Source: Malacoraja senta (taxonomy: Eukaryota). Taken from it: 64,000 nt of DNA. The stretch spans positions 98,022,001 through 98,086,000 of the forward strand of contig CM075978.1 of the NCBI GenBank assembly GCA_038087875.1, written 5' to 3'. Shown piece by piece: positions 36,467 through 47,492 of this stretch. A program made the translations under genes and the position numbers. Under the pieces are notes generated by a model that worked only from the letters and a program-made list of their open reading frames with translations, was not told the DNA's origin and searched no databases. The first letter of the stretch is position 1. The number at the start of each line of letters is the position of its first letter.

Positions 36467-39400
36467 GACGAATGACCCTGGTTTCTTCCAAATTGCATTT
36501 TACCATCACTATACCCTAACAAATGGGTAATTAACTCTTCTAACTTTCTTCGATTTCTCCTCACCCCCTCCCTTCTCCAACAGTGTTTTTATCCTTCTAC
36601 CCGACTGGACCCAATTTCAAACATCAATTAAAGAGATTAAGCCCACCCTGAACTTGCAGTATTACCGAATTTATTCTGAAGAAATTGGATATTTAACCAA
36701 CAGGTCGATCAGTTTTTATGTTCAGACCAGCAACCTCCCATTCTTTGTCTGCACACCCTTCTATTTCTTTGTTCCACACACTTGCCCACCTTCTTCAATA
36801 ACGGATCGATACCATTTGCCTCAGTCAACAGTTAAAAATGAACAACTTTTACATTCCCCATTCTGAGTTGAGGAGCTTCTCCTGCATCTAATTTTAGCAA
36901 TACTTTTCAATTTACTTGAGGAATTTAATGTCCATTCAATCAAATCCTTTCATAATTTAAAAATTCTTTAGATAACCTTTAAAAGAAAATTCAGAGAAAC
37001 AAAGCCCCAGCGTGTTCAGTGCTGTCTGCTGGAATCAAGAAGTTACAAGCAGCCTGGACCTTGTGAATCAACTTCCTTTTGCTTCTATATCTTTTATTAA
37101 ATCTGCAGACCAAAACTATGCAGAGTATTCAAGAGCTCGCCAAGGTTCAATGTTTGCTTCCAGATGACACAGCTGGGTTTCATTTACTGGATCAACCCAA
37201 AATAGAATTACAAGAAAATGAGAAAGCCAATCAGCCCATCAAGTCTGTGTTGGCTCTCTGAAGAGCAATCCAATGAGTTGTCCGGTGGAAGTAGGTAGCT
37301 GCCAAGATGGAAATAAAGGCCAATCAGTCCAGAAACGAGCAAGCAATGATGATGAGTATCAGGCCTGCACACAACAATAGGGGTTCTTGCAGGGCCCAGA
37401 GCGAAGGGCTGAGGATTGGTATGGAGCGGAGTAAATACACAATTTTATTATGCAACCAGGCAGTCACCCCATTATTCAATTATACTTTATTGTGCAATGC
37501 TTTACATACAACCCAGTAAAATCATATAGCAGACCTCACCTAGGCAGTACACGAGTGTAGCCACGTTTCTGGCGGCGACAAAGTTACAAAAGTTCACCGA
37601 ACATTCTTTCTGCGTTCTCAATGCCCAACCCGGGTTCATTATGCACTCATGAGCAAGCATCACGCAGCGTTAGGAATGTCAGTTTTTGGTAAGACATTCA
37701 TCTCCCCTCCATGGATCCAGGATATCCCTCGATACAGTTCAAAGTCCTCTCACCTACTTATTATCATTTAACCAACATTTGATCTGGGCACCATCTTGCC
37801 TTAGTTTGGAAAGCGAGCTGCGTACAAATTAGCTGCCATGTTTCCTTGCTAAAAACAGTGAGTACACTTCAAAGTACTTCATTGGCGGTGAAGCACTCTG
37901 GGACTACCATGAAAGGCACTGCGCAGGGCACAAGGCTTTAAGCCTGCTTTATTGTTTCAGAGATGACAGCCTCGCAGTCTGTTCTGATAACAAATTGTTC
38001 CCTTCCAACTTATTTCGTCTAGGATTTATAATTACTTCCACATCTTTTACAGGCGTTCTTCTACATCAAGTTTACTTGTAATGTACAAGATCTTTCATGC
38101 ATCAACATTAAGTTTAGTTTATCATTTGCAAACTTTGTCTAGACTCCTCGATGGTTTCTGAGTATTGAACCTGGGACTTTGATTAATAATTCAACATCAA
38201 TCATGCCACATTGTTCCTTTCTCAGTTTTTTGCCAAACTTCTTTTGTCTAATTGATTTTCTTCATGTTCTTTATAACCATTAAAAAAAAAAGAAAGAGCA
38301 GTTCTGGGTTTATAAAGTGTCAATCCTCAAAAGAGTTGGAGACCTGGATTAATTACTGCTTTGGTTATGGGTGTGGAGTTGGCAGTAAATAGAAAAGAGG
38401 AACAAAAGAAGATGATGCATTCTGATTTGAGTTCATTACAACTACCAAGGGCAATTTCTGACAACTTTTATAACTGCGTGGTCTACATTGCAGCAGGCAT
38501 TTTAGAATATGATCCACAACATGCAGCCAATTGTAGTGAGTGATGATTCATATGGAATTTACCAGTTTTGATGCAACTTTTTGCTTTTGCTTTAATTCTA
38601 CACTGATCAAAACCAACTATGCCGATGACATTGACCCCATTTGTTGACAAATATGCTGCTTCATTGAACAATGCACAACAGCGCATTTTAATTTGATTTG
38701 CAAACAATTTAAAAATAGATTTTGAGAAAGAGTCAAAGTCATCCTGAAAAAATAACCTAAAATGCTGGAGTAACTCAGTGGGTCAGACAGTATCTCTGGA
38801 GTACATGGAAAGTGACGTTCCAGGTCATGCCCCTTCTTCAGATTGGACCACCAAGGTTAAGGTACAATGAAAAGATTTTGTTGCGTGCTAACCAGCCAGT
38901 GGAAAGACTATACATAATTACAATCAAGACATCTGTACACCATTTCAGTGTGCAGACACATGATAAAGGGAATAACGTCTAGTGCAAGATAAACTCCAGT
39001 AAAGTCTGATTACTGATAGTCTGAGGGTCTCTAATGAGGTAGATAGTAGCTCAGGAGCACTCTTGAGTTGTTGATAGGATAGTTCAGTTGCCTGATTAAT
39101 GCTGGGAAGAAACTGTCCCGGAATCTGGAGATGTGCATTTTCATACTTCAGGGCTCTCACTTAACTTTTTTTCTCTGTTTCTAGCCGGGCAACCTAGGCA
39201 GCTTTTTAGGTTGCCAAATGACAATTTAGGTGGTCATTTAAGATGGCTTGCATGATGCGTGCGATAATGTGCTCAGACGAAGTGCGTAGTTACCAGTCGG
39301 AATTATGCTCAATGAAGCATTCACATATTATTTCTGCTTCAAATAAAGTCACAACTAAACATATTCACCAATCAAGACATGATATATACCACAATGACAT

Positions 39401-39519
39401 GCAGCAAAATTATAATACAGTATCTCAACTCTTTTTACACGTTGCAATGAATGCAATTTCTATTATTTCTTTCCACTTCCAAACAAAAATGTGGTTGGAT
39501 TATTCAGCGTATGATCAAC

Positions 39520-39942
39520 CTCGGTGAGACCAAGTGCAGGCTTGGCGATCGCTTCGTACAACACCTCCACTCAGTTCGCAATAACCAACCTAATCTCCCG
39601 GTGGCTCAGCACTTCAACTCTCCCTCCCATTCTTAATCCGACCTTACTGTCCTGGGCCTCCTCCATGGCCAGAGTAAGGCCCACCTCATATTTCACTTGG
39701 ATAGTTTACACCCCAGTGGTATGAACATTGGCTTCTCCAATTTCAGGTAGTCCTTGCTTCCTTCCTCCTTCCCCTCCCATTCTCAGCTCTCCCACAGCCT
39801 ACAGTCTCCGCTTCATTTCTTTTTCCCGCCACCCCCCCCCATCCCAACATCAGTCTGAAGAAGGGTCTCGACCCAAAACGTCACCTATTCCTTCGCTCCA
39901 TAGATGCTGCCTCACCTGCTGATTTTCTCCAGCTTTTTTATC
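39520..39942 (+). mobile_element. Penelope-like 3' fragment (GIY-YIG C-terminus + terminal repeat)
   Basis: GETKCRLGDRFVQHLHSVRNNQPNLPVAQHFNSPSHS followed by cagtctgaagaagggtctcgacccaaaacgtcacc. Confidence 0.88.
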
Positions 39943-40584
39943 TAACACCCATTCACACGTTCTGTTATCCCACTTTCCTCACCCACTCCCTACACATTAG
40001 GGGCAATTTTACAGAGACAAGTTAAACTACAAAGCCAAAGCGTCTTAGGGACGTGGGAGGAAACCCACATGCTTACAGAGAGAATATGCAAATTCAACAC
40101 AGACAATGCTCGAGGACAGGATCGAGCACAGATCTCTGGCGTGCGAGGCAGCAAGTCTACCAGCTGTGCCACTATATTTTGTTTTCCAACACACAAAACA
40201 TTATACGTTTTCAGTCTTAAATCTATAAGTCATGCTATATCCCCCTTTACAGCTACCGTATGTTTTAATTCAGTTCAAGACTATGGGGCCATAAAGTTGC
40301 TGCCTAAAAGTGCCAGAGACCCGGAATTGATCCTGAATATGAGTGCTGTCTGTGTGCAGTTTGCTCCTTTTCCCTTTGATTGCATGGGTTTTCTCCGGGT
40401 GCTCTTGTTTCCTTCCACATTCCAAAGGTGTGCAGGAACCTTTTTCAGACACAACCCAAAATGTAATATTTTCCTTTTGTCCAGAGATTCTGTCAGACCT
40501 GTTGAGTTACTCCAGCTCTTTGTATATAACACTCTTGACTTACGTCGCTAATGTGTGGGAAAGAACTAGTGTACGGGTGATCAG

Positions 40585-43500
40585 GAGGGAGGGAGAGGAG
40601 CCTGAGGTTGTGGTACATATAGATACCAATGACATAGGCAGAAAAAGAGAAGAGGTCCTGAAAGGAGAATTTAGGGAGTTGGGAGGAGAGTTAAGGAGAA
40701 GGTCCACAAAGGTAACAATCTCAGGATTACTACCTGTGCCACGCGACAGTGAGAGTAGGAATGAAATGAGGTGGAGGATAAATGCGTGGCTGAGGAACTG
40801 GTGCAGCGGGCAGGGATTCAAATTTCTGGATCATTGGGACCTCTTTATTGGAAGGTGTGACCTGTACAGAAAGGTTGCACTTGAACCCGAGGGGAACCAA
40901 TATCCTGGCGGGGAGATTTGCAAAGGCTACTGGGGAGACTTTAAACTAGAACGGTTGGGGGGAGGGACTCAAATAGAGAAAGATAGTAGAAAATGTGGGA
41001 GGCAGGAGGCAGGGAAGGGAAGCACTCGGACCCAAAATCTAGGGGAGAAAGAAGAAAAAGATAATAAACAGAGAATAAGTGGTGGTGGGTTTCTTAAATG
41101 TGTATATTTTAATGCTAGGAGCATTGTAAGAAAGGTGGATGAACTTAAAGCCTGGATTGACACTTGGAAGTATGATGTTGTGGCGATCAGTGAAACATGG
41201 TTGCAGGAGGGCTGTGATTGGAAACTAAATATTCCAGGATTTCGTTGCTTCAGGTGTGATAGAATTGGAGGGGCAAGAGGTGGGGGTGTTGCATTGCTTG
41301 TCAAGGAAGATATTACAGCAGTGCTTTGGCAGGATAGATTAAAGGGCTCGTCTAGGGAGGCTATTTGGGTGGAGCTGAGAAATGGGAAAGGTGTAGCAAC
41401 ACTTATAGGGTGTATTATAGACCGTCAAATGGGGAGCGAGAATTGGAAGAGCAAATATGTAAGGAGATAGCAGATATTAGTAGGAAGCACAAGGTAGTGA
41501 TTGTGGGAGATTTCAATTTTCCACACATAGACTGGGAAACACATTCTGTAAAAGGGCTGGATGGTTTGGAGTTTGTAAAATGTGTGCAGGATAGTTTTTT
41601 GCAGCAATACATAGAGGTACCTACTAGAGAACGGGCAGTGCTGGACCTCCAGTTAGGAAATGAGACAGGGCAGGTGGCGGAGGTAAGCGTTGGGGAGCAC
41701 TTCGGGTCCAGTGATCACAATACCATTAGTTTCAATATAATTATGGAGAGGGTCAGAACTGGACCTAGGGTTGAGATTTTTGATTGGAGAAAGGCTAACT
41801 TTGAGGAGATGGGAAAGGATTTAAAAAGAGTGAATTGGGACATGTTATTTTATGGGAAGGATGTAGAAGAGAAATGGAGGATATTTAAAGGTGAAATTTT
41901 AAGAGTACAGAATCTTTATGTCCCTGTTCGGTTGAAAGGAAATAGTAAAAATTGGAAAGAGCCATGGTTTTCAAGGGAAATTGGACACGGTTCGGAAAAA
42001 GAGAGAGATCTACAATAATTATAGGCAGCATGGAGTAAATGAGGTGCTTGAGGAGTATAAAGAATGTAAAAATATTAAGAAAGAAATTAGAAAAGCTAAA
42101 AGATATGAGGTTGCTTTGGCAAGTAAGGTGAAAGGAAATCCAAAGGGTTTCTACAGCTATATTAATAGCAAAAGGATAACAAGGAATAAAATTGGTCCAT
42201 TAGAGAGTGAGAGTGGACAGCTATCTGCAGAGCCAAAAGAGATGGGGGAGATATTGAACAATTTCTTTTCTTCGGTATTCACCAAGGGAAGGATATGGAA
42301 TTATGTGAGGTAAGGGAAACAAGCAGAGTAGCAATGGAAACTATGAGATTCAAAGAAGAGGAGGTGTGGACACTTTTGAAAAATATGAAAACGGATAAGT
42401 CTCCAGGTCCTGACAGGATATTCCCGAGGACATTGAGGGAAGTTAGTGTAGAAATAGCAGGGGCTATGACAGAAATATTTCAAATGTCATTAGAAACGGG
42501 AATAGTGCCGGAGGATTGGCGTACTGCGCATGTTGTTCCGTTGTTTAAAAAGGGTTCTAAGAGTAAACCTAGCAATTATAGACCTGTTAGTTTGATGTCA
42601 GTTGTGGGCAAATTAATGGAAAGGATACTTAGAGATAATATATATAAGCATCTGGATAAGCAGGGTCTGATTAGGAACAGTGAACATGGATTTGTGCCTG
42701 GAAGGTCATGTTTGACTAATCTTCTAGAATTTTTTGAAGAGGTTACTAGGGAAATTGATGAGGGTAAAGCAGTGGATGTTGTCTATATGGACTTCAGTAA
42801 GGCCTTTGACAAGGTTCCTCATGGAAGGTTGGTTAAGAAGATTCAATTGTTGGGTATTAATGGTGGAGTAGCAAGATTGATTCAACAGTGGCTGAATGGG
42901 AGATGCCAGAGAGTAATGGTGGATGGCTGTTTGTCAGGTTGGAGGCCGGTGACTAGTGGGGTGCCTCAGGGATCTGTGTTGGGTCCACTGTTGTTTGTCA
43001 TGTACATCAATGATCTGGATGATGGTGTGGAAAATTGGATTAGTAAGTATGCAGATGATACTAAGATAGGTGGTGTGGTGGATAATGAAGTCGATTTTCA
43101 AAGTCTACAGAGAGATTTAGGCCATTTGGAAGAGTGGGCTGAAAGATGGCAGATGGAGTTTAATGCTGATAAATGTGAGGTACTACATCTCGGCAGGACA
43201 AATCAAAATAGGACGTACATGGTAAATGGTAGAGAATTGGGGAATGCAGTTGAACAGAGGGATCTAGGAATAACTGTGCATAGTTCCCTGAAGGTGGAAT
43301 CTCATGTAGATAGGGTGGTAAAGAAAGCTTTTGGTGTGCTGGCCTTTATAAATCAGAGCATTGAATATAGAAGTTGGGATGTAATGTTAAAATTGTACAA
43401 GGCATTGGTGAGGCCAATTCTGGAGTATGGAGTACAATTTTGGTCGCCTAATAATAGGAAGGATGTCAACAAAATAGAGAGAGTACAGAGGAGATTTACT

Positions 43501-43999
43501 AGAATGTTGCCTGGGTTTCAGCAACTAAGTTACAGAGAAAGGTTGAACAATTTAGGTCTTTATTCTTTGGAGCGCAGAAGGTTAAGAGGGGACTTGATAG
43601 AGGTCTTTAAAATTATGAGCGGGTTAGACAGAGTTGACGTGGATAAGCTTTTTCCATTGAGAGTAGGGAAGATTCAAACAAGGGGACATGACTTGAGAAT
43701 TAAGGGACAGAAGTTTAGGGGTAACATTAGGGGGAACTTCTTTACTCAGAGAGTGGTAGCTGTGTGGAATGAGCTTCTAGTGGAAGTGGTGGAGGCTGGT
43801 TCGATTTTATCCTTTAAAAATAGATTGGATGGGTATATGGACGGGAAAGGAATGGAGGGTTATGGTCTGAGTGCAGGTAGATGGGACTAGGGGGAACTAT
43901 TTATTTACCAAAAAAAAAAAAAAAAAAAAAAAAATGTTTGGCATGGACTTGAAGGGCCGAGATGGCCTGTTTCCATGCTGTAATGGTTATATGGTTATA
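40585..43999 (+). mobile_element. CR1-clade LINE, near full length (ORF1 esterase C-terminal part + frameshifted ORF2 APE-RT)
   Basis: ORF1 VVVHIDTNDIG (SGNH GxND-like block); APE motifs YFNARSI, ISETW, VGDFN, SDH; RT motifs SGVPQGSVLGP and KYADD; stop at 43890; (ttatatgg)n tail; TSD TGATCAG at 40578-40584 and 44000-44006; frameshifts near 41410, 41990 and 42290. Confidence 0.95.
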
Positions 44000-45429
44000 T
44001 GATCAGTGGTCGTCGTGGACTCGGTGGGCCGAAGGGCCTGTTTCCACGCTGTATCTTTAAATTAAACTAAAAACACTAAAACCAGAGGGAGTCTAAAGAA
44101 GGGTCTCTACCAAAACATCACCCAATTTCTTCTATCCAGAGATGCTGGCTGCTCCATGGAGTTCCCCTGCACAATTAAAGCATGGAATAGTCTTCACCCT
44201 ACCATAGTTACCCAACCAGACGCAACTAAATTTAAGGTAGCTCTTTTTTCCCCAAGAACCCTTTTTTGCTTAAGTCCCAGTCTAGAGTCAAGAGAGTTTT
44301 ATTGTCATGTGTCCCAGATAGGACACTGAAATTCATGCTTGCTGCAGCACAACATAATATGTAAACATATTACAGAACAGGAGATACAACTTCAGTGTGT
44401 CTATATACCATATACCATATATATACACAATAAATAAACAGATAAAGTGCAATAGGCTGTTATTGATCAGAGTTTGGAGTTTGGTGGTGGACCCTGCACC
44501 ACCTCCAGTTTAAATTCCATTTGGAATATTTTTGGAGGACCAGGAAACCAAGAAGCAAATGTTACTCCAGGGAGTTACTCCAGCTCCAGGGAGTGATTCT
44601 GCGTTGGGTTTCAGCCGTCGCGGCGGCGACCGGACAGCAATGGCGGCCAGATCTCCCACAATGCAAAGGTAGGGAGAAAGTGCCCAGCGCCGACCAGTTG
44701 CCGTGGCAATGCGCATGTGCAGGGCAGCTGATGACGTGCTGGCTGTGGTTGTGCGCATGTGCAGGGGGAGAATGTGCAGGCTGTGGCAGTGCGCACGTGC
44801 AGGGCAGCCGAGGATGTGCTGGCCGTGGCAGTGCGCATGTGCAAGGTGGCCGGCCTTGCCGGTGGATGAGGAGCTGCTGGAGAGCGGAGACACGGAGAGT
44901 GACAGAGAGAGAGAGATAGAGAGGGGGGGCCCACTCAGAATCGATCGATAGGTGTCCCGGGTGCTTGCCAAGCCGGGCAAAATGACATGGCTTTTAGGTT
45001 GCCCGGCGGGACTTCAGGTGGCCATTGGCACCCGGGCAACCGTTAATTTCGAGCCCTGTACTTCTCTACTTCTTGTCTGATGGGACAGGAGAGAAGTGGA
45101 TGTGACTCAGCCTTGATTATGCTGGTTGCCTTGCCGAGACCGCGTGAAGTGCAAATGGAGTAAATGGAAAGGAGGTTGGTTTGTGTGACGGTCTGGGCTG
45201 CATCCACAATTCTCCTAAATTTCTTGCAGTCTTGGATAGAACTGTTCCCAAACCAAACTGTGATGCATCCCAATAAAATGCTTTCAACGGGAAATCTCTA
45301 GAAGTTGGTGGTAGGTTTGGGGATATGCCAAACTTCCGAAGGAAGCAGAGGTGTTGGTGTGCCCTCTTAACCATTTGTTTTGTGGAGCTTGAAGCCATGA
45401 TATTCTGGGCATAGAGCTGCCCACTGAAC

Positions 45430-46290
45430 TAACTATCAAATAATGGTGCAATGGAGTACAGGAAGGAGATTTTGAGAACTTTGTGACCTGGTGTCAAGAC
45501 AACAACATTTCTCTCAATATAAGGAAGGCAAAGGAGATGGTGATCGACTTCAGAAAGCCAAACGGTACACACACTCCAGTTTGCATTGATGGTGCCGAAG
45601 TAGAAAAATACAAATTTCTCTGAGTTAATATCACCAACAACTTCTCCTGGACCACTCCAATTTGAAGCAATGACCAAAAAGGCACACCAACGCCTCTACT
45701 TCCTTAGAAGGCTTAGGAAGTTTGGCATGTCCCTTACAACTCTCACAAGCTTCTACAGATGCACTATAGAAAGCATTTTATCAGGATGCAAAACAGCTTG
45801 GTTTGGGAACAGCTCCATCCAGGACCGTAAGAAATTGCAGCGAATTGTGGCCATCACACAAACCAATCTCCTTTTTATTGATTCCATTTATAACTCACAC
45901 TGCCTCTGCAAGGCCAGCAGCATAATCAAGGACAAATCGCACCCTGGCCACTCCCTCTTCTCCCCTCTCCCATCTGGCAAAAGATGAAAAAACGCAACCA
46001 CCAGATTCAGGAACGGTTTCTTCCCAGCATTTATCAGGCAGCTGAATCATCCTACCACAACCAGAGAGCAGTGCTGAACTGCTATCTATCTCTTTGATGT
46101 CCCTCAGACTATCCTTGACCAGACTTTGTTGGTTTTACTTTGCACTAAACGTTATTCCCTTATCATGTATCTACACTCTGTAAATGAATTGATTATAATC
46201 ATGTATTGTCTTTCTGCAGACTGGTTAGCACGCAACAAAAGCTTTTCATTGTACCTTGGTACACGTGACAATAAATTAAACTAAACTGAA
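45430..46290 (+). mobile_element. Rex1/Babar-type LINE 3' fragment
   Basis: KKAHQRLYFLRRLRKFG..FYRCTIESILSGC.TAWFG..HPGHSLFSPLPSGKR; ends gtgacaataaa followed by (ctaaa)n. Confidence 0.8.
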
Positions 46291-47204
46291 ATGTGCCAAC
46301 ACTAAAATTCAGCCATCCAAAGACTACATAAATACCTCTCTGGTGAGCATTAACATGCACTATGCAGTCTTAAAGCTCCACTTTAGATGTCGCTCATTAA
46401 CAGTTTGCAGTATCCTGTAAAGTGTCCTTAATTAAGGGGTTAAAATGCCATAGCTGTGTAATGAAAACATTGGATTCAATCTGTCTATGCTGCCAAAACA
46501 AAAGCATTTATGTCAAACATTCCAACTGACATCTATTCCAGGCAAGGAGCCAACTAAAAAAAAAAGAACAGCTGTATAGATGGATTCTCTCAGAATTAGT
46601 GCACCCTGCATTCTGACATCACACCATGCCACCGACCCATTCTCCTCCCATCCCTGATCCTCGCTAGCTAACCTGCACAAGCTTCAGATCCAGTAAGGCC
46701 CAGCTTACAAGTCAAGACATAAAGGATGTGGATGCTCCCACAGCACTATTGAAGAGCGCCACAGTGGCGCAGCGGTAGAGTTGCTGCCTTACAGCGCCAG
46801 AGACTTGGGCTCGATCCTGACTACATATTCTCTTCGAGACCCACTCAGTATATTCTCCAAATTCAAAGTACATTGAGTTCATATATATTTTAAACAGAAA
46901 GACAACAATAAATGATTAACTAGAGTTTCAATGGCTCTAATTGTCTACTAAGCTTTAACATTTTGATTGTCGACAAGTAAACTTCATTGAAAGTACATAT
47001 TTACAATGGGAGTATATTGTAGCTGCCAAGCTGCCTCTGAATATCCAAAACCTTTGCTGGACAATGTGATTCATATGGATGGTCTCAAGGCTTCTGAGGG
47101 CAGAGAACCCAGTCACCCAAAATTAGTGTTGTGAGGGCTGACTCTCTTGAGTACACAAATACCCCATCGATTGATAGATTGACAAATATGTCCATGACAT
47201 TGAG

Positions 47205-47492
47205 GTGGCACGGTGGCACAGCGGTAGAGTTGCTGCCTTGCAGCGCCAGAGACCCGGATTCTATCCTGACTACGGGTGCTGTCTATACGAAGTTTGCATG
47301 TTCTCTCCGTGACCGCGTGGGTTTTCTCCGGGTGCTCCGGCTACTTCCCACACACCAAAGATGTACAGCTTTGGAGGTTAATTAGCTTAGGTAATCCCCA
47401 GTGTAGGATAGTGCCAGTGTACGGGGATCGCAAGTCGGCGCAGACTCGGCGGGCTGAAGGGCCTGTTTCCACATTGTATCTCTAAACTAAAC
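47205..47492 (+). mobile_element. HE1-type SINE
   Basis: Family head, core and tail. Other copies: about 39945-40172(-), 40285-40584 plus 44007-44070(+), 46758-46825(+, head only), 58870-59025(-). Confidence 0.85.

Larger units (their letters stand above)
39149..45058. mobile_element. hAT-like non-autonomous DNA transposon containing nested insertions
   Basis: Termini CAGGGCTCtcActtaac and gttaatTtcGAGCCCTG (14/17 inverted match); shared subterminal gccgggcaa and ttttaggttgcc motifs; 5-bp direct repeat TACTT (39144-39148 and 45059-45063); the host LINE is contiguous across the junction. Confidence 0.7.
38860..45410 (-). mobile_element. Rex1/Babar-type LINE 3' fragment split in two (38860-39148 and 45059-45410)
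   Basis: Minus-strand GCITVWFGNSSIQDCKKFRRIV...LGKATSIIK..HP; the 3' UTR continues on the other side of the hAT-like insert and matches the copy at 45430-46290. Confidence 0.75.
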
